This document shows, one piece after another, positions 10,635-21,055 of a DNA stretch of 64,000 nt; the first letter of the stretch is position 1, and the number at the start of each line of letters is the position of its first letter. The stretch comes from an uncultured bacterium (GTDB lineage: Bacteria > Zixibacteria > MSB-5A5 > CAIYYT01): assembly GCA_963726455.1 (NCBI GenBank), contig CAVSCK010000005.1, forward strand, positions 288,001 through 352,000, given 5' to 3'. The notes beneath the pieces are model-generated. The model had not been told where the DNA came from and ran no database searches. It saw nothing but the letters and a program-made list of their open reading frames with translations. The translations under genes and the position numbers were made by a program.

Positions 10635-11600
10635 CTATTTGTTAAGACGAATAAGCTCCAATACTTGTCTAAAATCTTCCGGTAAGTCGACGAAAAATTC
10701 TGCCGTTTGACCGGTCGTCGGATGGACAAACTCCAGCCGCGCGGCATGAAGCAGTTGGCGCGACGTCTTTGCCAGCAGCAGACGCGCCTCTGGCCTGTAC
10801 CGCGCCTCAATGCCGGTGAGCCGTATTTCCCGGCCACCGTACTCCGGATCGCCAAATACCGGATGACCGGCCTCTTTCAAGTGCGTCCTGATCTGGTGCG
10901 TTCGGCCGGTCATTAACCTGACCCGAATATAGCTCAACCAGCCCCAGCTTTCAATGGTCTCGTACAGGGTGATTGCCTCCCTCGGTTTGAGACTCCCTGA
11001 GGTCATTATCCGGCGGTCTGCACTCGAACGGCCGATCGGCACGGATATGGTGCCCTCGGGCGGGCGCAGCTTCCCCCAAACCAGAGCCAAATACTCGCGT
11101 TTCAGCGTCCGCGACTGAAGCTGCCGACTCAGTTTCGTATGGGCCTGGTCATTCTTGGCTACGACCAGCAGTCCGCTGGTGTTCTTGTCCAGCCGGTGAA
11201 TTAAGCCGGGATATCCTTTGGCGTAACCTGAAGCAAGCCGCGTGAAATGGTGCAGCAGCGCGTTGGCCAGTGTCCCGCTCATGTTTCTGGGCGCCGGATG
11301 CGTGACCATGCCTGCGGCTTTGTTGATGACTGCCAGATCGTCATCTTCGTAGATGATATCAATCGGTAAGTCTTCGGCCGAGAAAGTGACCGTCCGCTCC
11401 TCCGGTTGGTCGATTACGATTTCTTCCCCTTCTGCAACAATGTGTGAGGGCCGGACCTTCGTCTCGCCGATGGTCACCCTGCCCTCGCCAATTAGGCGCT
11501 TGATCTGGCTGCGCGACAGGCCTATCGCCGCCTGCGCCAAATAGGCGTCGACGCGAATGGCCTCGGCCGCCGGGTCAACTAATACGCGAAGAATCGGCAT
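10635..11600 (-). CDS. rluD: RluA/RluD family pseudouridine synthase
   Basis: N-terminal S4 domain, NKAAGMVTHP, HRLDKNTSG, TGRTHQIR, GDPEYG. Confidence 0.88.
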   Translation of the reverse strand: MPILRVLVDPAAEAIRVDAYLAQAAIGLSRSQIKRLIGEGRVTIGETKVRPSHIVAEGEEIVIDQPEERTVTFSAEDLPIDIIYEDDDLAVINKAAGMVTHPAPRNMSGTLANALLHHFTRLASGYAKGYPGLIHRLDKNTSGLLVVAKNDQAHTKLSRQLQSRTLKREYLALVWGKLRPPEGTISVPIGRSSADRRIMTSGSLKPREAITLYETIESWGWLSYIRVRLMTGRTHQIRTHLKEAGHPVFGDPEYGGREIRLTGIEARYRPEARLLLAKTSRQLLHAARLEFVHPTTGQTAEFFVDLPEDFRQVLELIRLNK

Positions 11601-12156
11601 CGGTATGCCCTTTTTTGCCGAAGAGGAGCACGATAACTATCAGAGTCATTCCGACAGTAACTGCGGAGTCGGCGACATTAAACACCGGCCAGCGAGTCAT
11701 TTCGTAACCGGGAAATTTCCAGAACAGGAGATTGGTAGGTGGAATGTGAATATCGAAAAAATCCACGTCGACAAAGTCGACTACCGAGCCGAAGCGAAAC
11801 CTGTCAATCAGATTACCCAATGCACCACCAACTACCAGCGCCAGCGCAAAATCGAGTAGCTTGTTTCTGCCGGCCTCGCGAAAGAGAAAGGCAATAACGA
11901 ACACCATTACCGCCAGCGATGCGACAGTATAGAAGAGGGTTGAGCCGAGTTTGGTGGAAAACGCCCCGCCCTCGTTGAACACCAAAGTCCACTGCAGGAA
12001 ATCACCCCACACGACATGCTTATCGAACGGAGCGAGATGCGTTAAGGCAATCTGCTTGGTGATTTGATCGAGTGCGAAAATGCAGACGGAGATCAGCGAT
12101 AGTCTGAGGAGGTACTTATTCGCGGGCGACCATGAAAGTGAATCAGAGCATACCAT
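11575..12156 (-). CDS. lspA: Lipoprotein signal peptidase II
   Basis: DQITK, NEGGAFS, GGALGNLIDR, VVDF, FNVADS; start set at the ATG just downstream of the dksA-family stop. Confidence 0.92.
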   Translation of the reverse strand: MVCSDSLSWSPANKYLLRLSLISVCIFALDQITKQIALTHLAPFDKHVVWGDFLQWTLVFNEGGAFSTKLGSTLFYTVASLAVMVFVIAFLFREAGRNKLLDFALALVVGGALGNLIDRFRFGSVVDFVDVDFFDIHIPPTNLLFWKFPGYEMTRWPVFNVADSAVTVGMTLIVIVLLFGKKGHTDADSSRIS

Positions 12157-12160
12157 GCGG

Positions 12161-12556
12161 CTACTTTTTGCGAACCGCTTTCGACTTTTCCAGCTCTTCG
12201 CGTTCCTTGCATTCAATGCAGTAGGAGGCGTGAGGAACCGCCATCAAACGTTGGGCGCTAATGTTTCGGCCACAGCTTACGCATTTGCCGTAAGTGTTCT
12301 CCTGAATTCGCCGCAATGCCTCATTGACGTGATAAAGCAGCCGCCCCGATTTGGAAGCCATCATGAAGGCCTTCTCGCGTTCCATAGCGTCGGTGCCCTG
12401 GTCGGCCATATGGAACGAGTAACTGGAGTGGTCGCCGGTAGCTTCCTTGGTGGTCGTATCCAGGTTCTGCTTCTTGATCATACCCATCTCTTTGACCAGT
12501 TCATCCCGCTTCTTGATCAGCAGCTTTTCGAATCGTTCCAGTTCGCGTTTTCGCAT
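12161..12556 (-). CDS. TraR/DksA C4-type zinc-finger protein
   Basis: Coiled coil with HMADQGTD tip; YGKCVSCG..I...RL.AVP....CIEC. Confidence 0.88.
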   Translation of the reverse strand: MRKRELERFEKLLIKKRDELVKEMGMIKKQNLDTTTKEATGDHSSYSFHMADQGTDAMEREKAFMMASKSGRLLYHVNEALRRIQENTYGKCVSCGRNISAQRLMAVPHASYCIECKEREELEKSKAVRKK

Positions 12557-12601
12557 AATACCAGCTTCCCGAAGAGCGCCCCAACTCTTCTATAGCATGT
12601 T

Positions 12602-12631
12602 ATTATAAGGCAACGAATGGCAGTTGAGCAA
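12602..12631 (-). promoter_or_regulatory. Possible internal sigma70 promoter for the dksA-family gene
   Basis: Minus strand TTGCTC-N18-TATAAT. Confidence 0.35.
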
Positions 12632-12637
12632 GCGAAA

Positions 12638-15600
12638 TTATCGTTTGATAGTCAGGGTCGCCGGCTCCCCGTTGACGTCCCATTCCCGGCGGAAACCGTC
12701 GGCAGAATCGGCGAAGTTTATCGATTTAGCCAGCGTTTCCTTCTTTATATAAGCCAGGTGTTTCTTCGCGGCCGCCGCCACGCGCGGCGTCGAGGCAATG
12801 CTGACATCAATTGTATCGGTAACCTGATAATCGGCGTCCTTACGCATATTCTGAATCTTGTTCACCAGTTCGCGCGCCAAACCTTCGTCACGCAAGTCGT
12901 CGGTGATCTCGGTGGTCAACGCCACGGTAAAACCACCATCGGCTGCTACGGCGAAGTTGTTCTTTCCGGTCAGCCGAACCTGTACTTCATCGCTCGTCAG
13001 ATGAAATACCCGGCCGTCGGCAGAGACCTTGAGTTCCTTGGTCGCCAACAGCGTCTTGATATCGTTCTCCGAGAGCGTCGCCAGTGCCGTCTTCAAGGCA
13101 TTGATCGCTGACCCGACTTTGGGGCCAAGTTCTTTGAAGTTCGGCATCACCGAATACTCAGCCACCTGCGTGGTGTCGGCTATGAAGGTGATCTCTTTGA
13201 CATTGATCTCCTCGGCGATCACCTGCAACAACGGCTCGACGTTGGCTTCGTCAATACCGGCCGGCAGCTTGACTTTCATCTCCTGCAGCGGCTGGCGCAC
13301 TTTGATCTGCACGGTGTTGCGCGCAGCACGACCCAGGGTCACGAGCTTTATCGCGGCATCCATTCGTTCTTCCAGTGCCCGATTGATGCGCGATTCATCG
13401 TAGGACGGAAACGCCTGATGATGCACTGAATCCTTGCCGCTAAGTTCGCGGAAGAGTTTCTCGCTCAGGAATGGAATTACCGGCGCCGAAACCAGCGCCA
13501 CCGTTTCCAAAGCGTTGTACAGTTCGAGATAAGCGCGGAACTTGTCCGGTGTGTCCCCTGATGCCCAATAGCGCCGACGACAGCGGCGGACGTACCAGTT
13601 GGAAAGCTCGTCAATGACAAACGAATCGAGTTGCCGGACGGCGCGCGTGATGTCGTAACGGTCGAACGCCCCGCCTACTTCTTTCGTCAGACTGGCGAGA
13701 CGCGACTCCAACCACAGATCAATCTCCTGCGGCGGCCCGGCAAGAGACGCCAGGAACTCGCGGGTGTCGCCGCCATAATCTTTGGCGGCGCGATCCTTGA
13801 TTTCATCAATATTGGCATAGATCGCGAAGAAGGCGTATGTGTTCTTGAAAGTATCGAGAAACTTGCGCTGCGTTTCGGCAATGCCTTCAACGTCAAAGCG
13901 GGTGGTCTGGTGCGGTTGATTGACCTCGAGCAGATACCAGCGCAAGGCATCGGCGCCGTACTTCCCCACGATTTCAAACGGATCAGCCGCGTTGCCGAGG
14001 TGCTTCGACATCTTCTTGCCCTTCTTGTCGAGAATGAAGCCGATCACGACGACGTTCTTGAATGCCGGTTTGTCGAACAGCAGGGTGCCGATGGCCAGGA
14101 GTGAATAGAACCAACCGCGCGTTTGATCGGTCGCTTCGCTGATGAAGTCGGCCGGGAAATTCGCCTCGAACATCTCCTTGTTCTCGAACGGATAATGGAA
14201 CTGCGCGTAGGGCATCGAGCCCGAGTCAAACCAGACATCGATGACTTCCGGCTCGCGCGTCATCCTGTCCGCCACAGGGACACTTGAGGTGGATTTCGTC
14301 GACATGCGGCTTGTGGAGATCGAGTTTCTCAGGGAAATCGACAGCGTATTTCTTTAGCGACTCAATGGAATCGACAGCGACGATCTTTTCGCACTTGTCG
14401 CAGATCCAGAGCGGCAGCGGCGTGCCCCAATAACGTTCGCGTGACAAAGCCCAATCGACGTTGTTCTCCAGCCATTCACCCATGCGGCCGGAGCCGATCT
14501 CGGGCGGTACCCAGTTGATTTCATTGTTACGTGCGAGCAGTCGGTCCTTGTTTTGGGAGGTCTTGATATACCAGGACTTGCGCGCATAATAGATCAACGG
14601 CGAATGGCAGCGCCAGCAAAACGGATAGGAATGCTCGTACAATTCCTTCTTGAACAGCACGCCCCGCTTGTCGAGTTCCTTGATGATGAGCGGGTCGGCG
14701 TCCTTGATGAACTTGCCGGCGTAGTCGGTTACTTCCGGCGGCAACGTTCCGTCCGGTTCGACCGCCTGCAGAACGGGCAGCCCGTATTTCAGACCAACGC
14801 TGTAGTCGTCCGCGCCAAACGCAGGCGCCATGTGCACAATTCCGGTGCCGTCTTCAAGCGTGACAAAATCGGCAATGGTGACGAACCAGATCTTGTCATA
14901 CTTGCCCTCGAAATACTTGAAGAACGGTTTGTATTTCTTGTATTCGAGAGTCGATCCCTTGAACCGCTCGAGCACTTCGTAATCGGGTCCGAGGACACGA
15001 TCTGCCAGCGCTTCGGCAAGGATCAACTTTTCCTCACCCCGTTTGACCTTGATATAATCAGCATTCGGAGCGACCGCCAACGCGACGTTGGAAATCAGCG
15101 TCCAGGGAGTCGTCGTCCAGACCAGGAACTTGGTGCCCGGTTCGTCCACCAGCTCCGCACGCACGAAGATTGACGGATCCTTTACATCTTCATAACCCTG
15201 CGCTACTTCGTGCGATGACAGGCCGGTGCCACAACGCGGGCAGTAGGGCAGAATCTTGTGCCCTTTATATAGCAGGCCACGATTGTAGAACTGCGCGAGA
15301 ATCCACCAGACGGTCTCGATGTAGTTGTTGTCGCAGGTGATGTATGGCTTGTCCAGATCGAGCCAATAGCCGATTCGGCGAGTGAGTTCATCCCACTCTT
15401 TCTTGTAGCGAAATACCGAGAGCCGGCATTTTTCGTTGAAAGCGGCGACGCCGTATTTCTCGATGTCACTCTTCGTCTTGAGGCCCAGCTCCTGTTCAAC
15501 TTCAATCTCCACGGGCAGACCATGCGTGTCCCAGCCGGCTTTGCGCTCGACCAGGAATCCGCGCATTTGTTTATAGCGGCAGACCATGTCCTTGATTGTG

Positions 15601-15788
15601 CGCGTAATGACGTGATGCACTCCCGGTTTGCCGTTGGCCGTCGGCGGTCCCTCATAGAAAGAGAATCGCGGAGAGTTGCGATGCAGGGCGAGGCCTTTGT
15701 GGAACGTTTCCGCCTCGTCCCAGTATTTGAGGACTTCTTCCTCCAGCTTGGGATATGAAAAATCAGATTTTAGCTCGTCGAACTTCAA
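12638..15788 (-). CDS. ileS: Isoleucine--tRNA ligase (IleRS type 2), frameshifted at ~14264
   Basis: YEGPPTANG.PGVHH, GWDTHGLP, WTTTPWTL, DWALSRERYWGTP, DVWFDSG, KMSKH; removing one G (cagGatg) gives CPCGGQMTREPEVID. Confidence 0.95.
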
Positions 15789-16609
15789 AGCTTTATCCTT
15801 TCGATCACGGCAGCGATCATCTCCGTCATTTTCGGTTCAGCAATATCTGCTGCCGCCAAAATCTTCTGATGACTGCAAGGATGGAGATTATCCGGCAATC
15901 CCATATCAGATATTATCGAAACACCGAGGACTTTTGTTCCCTGATGCCGCGCCACAATTACTTCCGGCACGGTGGACATACCGACCTGGTCGGCGCCCAT
16001 GGTCCGCAACATGCGATATTCGGCGGCCGTTTCCAAATTCGGTCCGGTTACGCCGACATAGACACCGCGATTGACTTTGTAACCCAGTTTCAGCGCGGTT
16101 TCCTCGGCGAGGTTGACCAGATCCTTGTCATAGCAATTGTACATATCAGGGAAACGCGGTCCCAACTTGTCGTCGTTGCGCCCTAACAGCGGATTCTGGC
16201 CCGAGAAATTGATATGATCTGTGATCAGCACCATGTCGCCGATATTGAATTGCGGATTGAGTCCGCCGGAAGCGTTGCACACAATCAAGAGTTGAATACC
16301 GAGAGCTTTCATTACCCTCACCGGGAACGTCACCTGATCCATCGAGTAGCCCTCGTAGAAGTGAAACCGTCCCTGCATGGCCACAACCTTCTTGCCGCTA
16401 AGACTTCCGAAGATCAATCGCCCGGCATGGCCTTCGACCGTGGAGACCGCAAAATGCGGTATCTGGTCGTAGGAAATCGTGCTCTCGACCGTGATCTTTT
16501 CCGCCAGCCGGCCTAGGCCGGTGCCGAGGATGATACCGATGTCGGGCGTCAATTTCGTCTTGGACTTGATAAAGCCGGTAGCTTCGTTAATTTGATCAAT
16601 TAGCGTCAT
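15785..16609 (-). CDS. punA: Purine-nucleoside phosphorylase (trimeric PNP type)
   Basis: ILGTGLG, STVEGHAG, QGRFHFYEG, GPNLET.AE, GMSTVPE. Confidence 0.9.
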   Translation of the reverse strand: MTLIDQINEATGFIKSKTKLTPDIGIILGTGLGRLAEKITVESTISYDQIPHFAVSTVEGHAGRLIFGSLSGKKVVAMQGRFHFYEGYSMDQVTFPVRVMKALGIQLLIVCNASGGLNPQFNIGDMVLITDHINFSGQNPLLGRNDDKLGPRFPDMYNCYDKDLVNLAEETALKLGYKVNRGVYVGVTGPNLETAAEYRMLRTMGADQVGMSTVPEVIVARHQGTKVLGVSIISDMGLPDNLHPCSHQKILAAADIAEPKMTEMIAAVIERIKL

Positions 16610-16678
16610 GGTCTGTCTCCGTGTTATCTTTTCTGCGGGGCTGCATCTCTATTGCCCGAACTGGCCTGAAACCGCGTG

Positions 16679-17176
16679 TCATTCCTCGTGTGTTGTGACC
16701 AGTTCCGATTCGGGGGAGGTTTCCTGGTCGATCTTCTGCCGTTCCTCGATCATGTGATAGTGTCCCTCGATCAGCGACTTCAGTTCTGCCAGAAAACGGG
16801 CTTTTTGCATGCGGATAGAGGCAATTTCCAATTTGATTCTGTCGACCTCATTCATGTACTCGGCCTGTAGCTGTTTGCAGACGGCATCGGTCTCCTGCAG
16901 GCGAGCTTCCGATTCGCGCTGTGCGGCCTTCTGGGTGGCTTCGGCGGCCTGCTGCGCCGTCACGATGGAGTCCTTGAGGACCTGTTCGATATTCCGGTAA
17001 CTGCCGAGCCGTTCCTCCAACTGCCTGACTTGCCGCTGAAGTTCGGTATTGGCATCGATAAGCTTTTCCAATTCGGTTGCGGCCTCGGCAATGATCGAAT
17101 CGACGTAGAACGGATCATAGCCGCGGAACTTCCGTTCGAATCTCATGTTGCGCAATTCCACCGGCGTTATTGTCAT
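16679..17176 (-). CDS. DivIVA-domain protein
   Basis: ITPVELRNMRFERKFRGYDP..VD followed by a long coiled coil. Confidence 0.85.
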   Translation of the reverse strand: MTITPVELRNMRFERKFRGYDPFYVDSIIAEAATELEKLIDANTELQRQVRQLEERLGSYRNIEQVLKDSIVTAQQAAEATQKAAQRESEARLQETDAVCKQLQAEYMNEVDRIKLEIASIRMQKARFLAELKSLIEGHYHMIEERQKIDQETSPESELVTTHEE

Positions 17177-17190
17177 AGCGACATCCTTTC

Positions 17191-17892
17191 CTATGCAGGC
17201 CTTGATCCAAACAGCGCCCGCCCGACGCGAATCATCGTTGCGCCTTCCTGCACAGCGATCTCGTAATCATCGGACATTCCCATCGACAGCACCGTAAATT
17301 CATTCTTGTCAGGGTGGCTTGCCCTGATGCGATCAAACAAGCGACGCAATTCGGCGAATGACTCGCGAATAGCATCTCGATCTTCGGTCAGCGGCCCGAC
17401 CGTCATCAATCCGGTCAGCCGCATATGTTCTAGTTCGAGCACCCTGGCCGCCGCAGCTTCCACATCCCGCAACGCGAATCCATATTTCTGCGGTTCGCCG
17501 GAAGTATTCACCTCGAGCAATATCTCGCCGGGCTTTCCCCGCCGCGAACACTCACTATCGAGAATCTCGGCGAGCCGGAGCGAATCTACGGATTGAATCA
17601 CGTCGAACAATTCGACGGCATCTCGAGACTTATTGCTCTGGAGATGACCGATCATGTGCAACCGGAAATCCCGTTTCACACCGGCGAATTTGCGCTCGGC
17701 CTCCTGGACCCGGTTCTCACCAATACTCGTCATCCCGGCAGCCACGGCCGCAGCTACATCAGCCAGCGGTCGCGTCTTGGTGACGGCTACAACCGTAAGC
17801 TCGGCAGCGCTGCGACCGCAACGATCGGCGATTTCTCCGAGTTTCGCCAGAAACTCGCGGCAGTTTTGCTCCAGAGTTGTTTCGCCGCCCAT
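17191..17892 (-). CDS. yggS: YggS family PLP-binding protein
   Basis: VAVTKT, GENRVQE, HMIGHLQSNK, LSMGMSDDY, IRVGRALFG. Confidence 0.93.
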   Translation of the reverse strand: MGGETTLEQNCREFLAKLGEIADRCGRSAAELTVVAVTKTRPLADVAAAVAAGMTSIGENRVQEAERKFAGVKRDFRLHMIGHLQSNKSRDAVELFDVIQSVDSLRLAEILDSECSRRGKPGEILLEVNTSGEPQKYGFALRDVEAAAARVLELEHMRLTGLMTVGPLTEDRDAIRESFAELRRLFDRIRASHPDKNEFTVLSMGMSDDYEIAVQEGATMIRVGRALFGSRPA

Positions 17893-17989
17893 AGCGTTAC
17901 AGGATTATACGGTAGGCCGCATGGTGACGCAACGAAAAGTTTGGCGACAGTTTTGGGGGATTATCTGATTGACTAGTGGGCGCGGACGG

Positions 17990-18349
17990 CTATAGAAATT
18001 GCTCAACGACCGATTGAATATCGGTCATTTTAAACGGTTTGTGGATAAACCCGTTGGCAAGGCCCTCGACGACCTGCCCTTCGCTGGACGAATAGTTGTA
18101 GCCGGAGATTACGATTACCGGGAGATTCGGGCGTTTGCTTTTGATCGCCGTGAGCAGTTCCGTGCCGGACATTTTGGGCATTTTCAGGTCGGTGATGACC
18201 AGCGCGAAGTCTTCCGCCTGCAACAATTCCAGTGCCGATTCACCGTCGTTGCTGATACGGCTCTTGAGATCGAAAACATCGAGCATCTCGGACAGCAGAG
18301 ATGCCATGTTCGGATTGTCGTCAACTATTAAGATTTCACGTTTTGCCAT
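17990..18349 (-). CDS. Single-domain response regulator (CheY-like)
   Basis: ILIVDD, TDLKMPKMSG, ISG, KPF. Confidence 0.9.
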   Translation of the reverse strand: MAKREILIVDDNPNMASLLSEMLDVFDLKSRISNDGESALELLQAEDFALVITDLKMPKMSGTELLTAIKSKRPNLPVIVISGYNYSSSEGQVVEGLANGFIHKPFKMTDIQSVVEQFL

Positions 18350-19484
18350 AACTGTTATCGTGGTTCTGCTTAGAACCTCTTATTTCTTTTTCGGCATAAG
18401 AGGTAAGAAACATAAGCAGTTTGTCGACTCCAGTTTGAGTTTTGGCCGAAACCACGAAAGTGCGCGCAGGACTAAAGTTTACGTCGAGTGTAGGCAGGTC
18501 GGCGACATCAATCAAATCGCTCTTGTTCAAAAGCAGTACTCGCGGCACTTTTTCAGCGCCAAGCTGCTCCAGAACCTCTAAGGTCTTCCGGAAATGATCG
18601 TCGCAATTGGGGTGAGATACGTCGACTACAAGTAAGAGCAGGTTGGCGTATTTGACCTCGTCCAGTGTTGACGCAAACGATGCCACCAGTTCGTGCGGCA
18701 GTTTCTTGATGAAACCCACGGTGTCCGAAATCACGATTCGACGCTGGTTATTCAATGGCAAATAACGAGTTACGGCATCGAGCGTGCAGAACAATTTGTC
18801 GTCGGCCCAGACGCCGGCATTGGTGAGCACATTAAACAAAGTGGATTTGCCGGCATTCGTGTAGCCGACAATGGCAATCTTGAAAATGTCCATTCGGCGC
18901 TGGCGCTGTGTGCCTCGCTGACGGTCGATTTTGTCCAGGCGCTCTCTCAGCTTGGCGATCTTTAGCTTCGCGTCGCGGCGGTCGGCCTCGAGCTGTGTTT
19001 CGCCGGGACCGCGCGTGCCGACTCCGCCCCACTGCTTGCTCATGTGCGTCCACATTCGCGTCAGCCGAGGCAGCAAGTATTGTAATTGCGCGAGTTCTAC
19101 CTGAATTTTCGCTTCCGCCGTGTGGGCACGTTTGGCGAAGATGTCGAGGATCAGATTCCCCCGGTCGATAACCTTGACCTCCAGCTCTTTCTCAAGGTTC
19201 TTAACCTGGCTGGCCGAGAGCTGTTCATCAAAAACCACCAGCGTTGCCGAAGTCGCCCCGATCAGTTCCTTCAGTTCGGCAACTTTGCCGGCGCCGATAA
19301 ACGAATGACCGTCGGGCACAGGACGTTTTTGAGTGACGATACCCACGACATTGGCGTCGGCGGAGAGAATAAGCTCCTTGAGCTCTTCCAGCGATTCGCG
19401 GAAGGCGGCGTCATCTATGTCGCGTAACTGCACGCCGACAACGATTGCGGCCTCGGATTCTTTCTTGATATCAAAAAGTCGCAG
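18336..19484 (-). CDS. hflX: GTPase HflX (probable CTG start)
   Basis: ILDIFAKRA, GTRGPGETQLE, VGYTNAGKST, DTVGFI, NKSD; frame stays open upstream of the track's GTG to a CTG at 19484. Confidence 0.92.
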   Translation of the reverse strand: MRLFDIKKESEAAIVVGVQLRDIDDAAFRESLEELKELILSADANVVGIVTQKRPVPDGHSFIGAGKVAELKELIGATSATLVVFDEQLSASQVKNLEKELEVKVIDRGNLILDIFAKRAHTAEAKIQVELAQLQYLLPRLTRMWTHMSKQWGGVGTRGPGETQLEADRRDAKLKIAKLRERLDKIDRQRGTQRQRRMDIFKIAIVGYTNAGKSTLFNVLTNAGVWADDKLFCTLDAVTRYLPLNNQRRIVISDTVGFIKKLPHELVASFASTLDEVKYANLLLLVVDVSHPNCDDHFRKTLEVLEQLGAEKVPRVLLLNKSDLIDVADLPTLDVNFSPARTFVVSAKTQTGVDKLLMFLTSYAEKEIRGSKQNHDNSYGKT

Positions 19485-19489
19485 GAGGG

Positions 19490-19756
19490 TTAGTCCTCAT
19501 GAAAACGTTCCTCACCGGTCAACTGCACGAACTCGACGCGGTCTTCCTTCTTGATATTGCCGTGTGGTACATCCAGCACGGTATACGTACAGCGGCGGTC
19601 GTGGAATTTGACCGAGAAGATATTGCCCAGCAAAATTTCGTGGGAAGCTTTGGCTTTGCGGCCGTCGATTTCCACCGCGCCCCGGTCGCAAAGTTCTTTG
19701 GCGAGACTGCGGCGTTTAACGATGCCCGTTTTTTGAAGGAATTGATCGAGCCGCAT
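19490..19756 (-). CDS. S4-domain RNA-binding protein (RqcP/YabO or Hsp15-like)
   Basis: MRLDQFL....IVKRRSLAKELC..G.V.IDG..AKASHEI; short, no C-terminal Hsp15 tail. Confidence 0.8.
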   Translation of the reverse strand: MRLDQFLQKTGIVKRRSLAKELCDRGAVEIDGRKAKASHEILLGNIFSVKFHDRRCTYTVLDVPHGNIKKEDRVEFVQLTGEERFHED

Positions 19757-21055
19757 CAAAAACTGCGCAGTTCCAGGTAGACCTTATCCTTCATTTCGTC
19801 GACAATTTGCGAAATGACGACCTGCGATTTTTGGCGGCGTGCCATTTCCTTTAAGCAAGTCCCAGTCCTCTGTCGGCGAAACCGGGCGCGAGGTCTTGCG
19901 ATCGAGTAGCTTGATGACATGCAGGCCGTCGGATGACCAGATCGGTGCGCTCAACTCTCCTGCTTTCATTGTATCCAGCGCTGCCTTGAACTGCGGCGGC
20001 AATTGCTCCTCCGCCAGCCAACCCAACTCGCCGAAATTTGCGCGGGTAGTGCTATCGGTCGAGTACTCTTTCACGAGCGCGCCAAAATCCTCGCCCTTCC
20101 GAATCCGATCCAACAACTGATTTGCCAGAGTCATGACGGATGCGCTGTCGGCAGGCGTTGGCTTATTGAGCAGCAGGATATGCTTCACTTCGTATTGGTC
20201 GCCGCTGCGAGCCATCAGCTTGATAATATGATAACCCAACGGGGTCTTGACCACATCAGAAACGCCTCCGGGAGTGAGCGACAGAGCGGCCCTTTCAAAC
20301 TCAGGCATCAAGTCGCCCTTCCGTACGGTACCGATTTCGCCACCGGAGGCAGCCGATGCATCCTGGGAGTACTGTTTGGCCAGATCCTCGAACGACCCGC
20401 CACTTCTGATTCGCTCCAGAATGGAATTCGCCAGGTTGAAAAGCGAATCGGACGTCGACTTCGAAACCGTCGGCACCAGTAGAATATGAGCGACTTTGAC
20501 CTGCGCCGGCTGTGGCGGGATGCTGTCGCGGTATGTCTTGTAAAATTGGTCGACCTCGTCTTTGCCGACGGATACTTTGCCCAACAACTTGTTGATAAGT
20601 TTCTGCTTGAGGATTTGCTCGCGGGCTTCCTCGCGCAGTTTGGCCTTCAGTTCGCGCATGGTGTAGCCCTCTGCCACCACTTGCTGTTCGAATGCTGCCT
20701 CGGTCGGGAAACGGCTCTTCAACTCGTCCAGGCGCGTATTCAGTGCTTCGTCGACTTCTTCATCACTGACAGTTACCGTCGTATCCTGCATCGCCTTGAT
20801 CAGGATCAGGCGGTCGTCGATCATTTGGCTGAGAATCTGTTGCTTGAGCTTGTGCGCCTCGGCATCTACCGGGACTTTGGATCCCGTTTGGACGGCATAT
20901 AGCTGAAGCTGGAATTCCAGCTCCGATGCCAGAATCACTTTGTCGCCGACGACGGCGACGATCTTGTCAAGCGGTTCCCAGGCATATAGCGCCGGGGCCA
21001 CGGCGAAGATCAACAGCGCCACCGCGAATAGGAAGGTGCTAACTCTTCTTTTCAT
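19756..21055 (-). CDS. SurA-like parvulin peptidyl-prolyl isomerase, frameshift at ~19850
   Basis: LDKIVAVVG..VILASEL; two rotamase domains (HILL, FEDLAKQYSQD, GGEIG, GYHIIK); removing one A gives ...LLKEMARRQKSQ...KVYLELRSF* with TGA overlapping the next ATG. Confidence 0.85.

Noticed and set aside
14226-14305. Programmed frameshift or naturally split ileS
   Set aside because: No slippery sequence; one duplicated G explains it, and the same error type recurs across the window.
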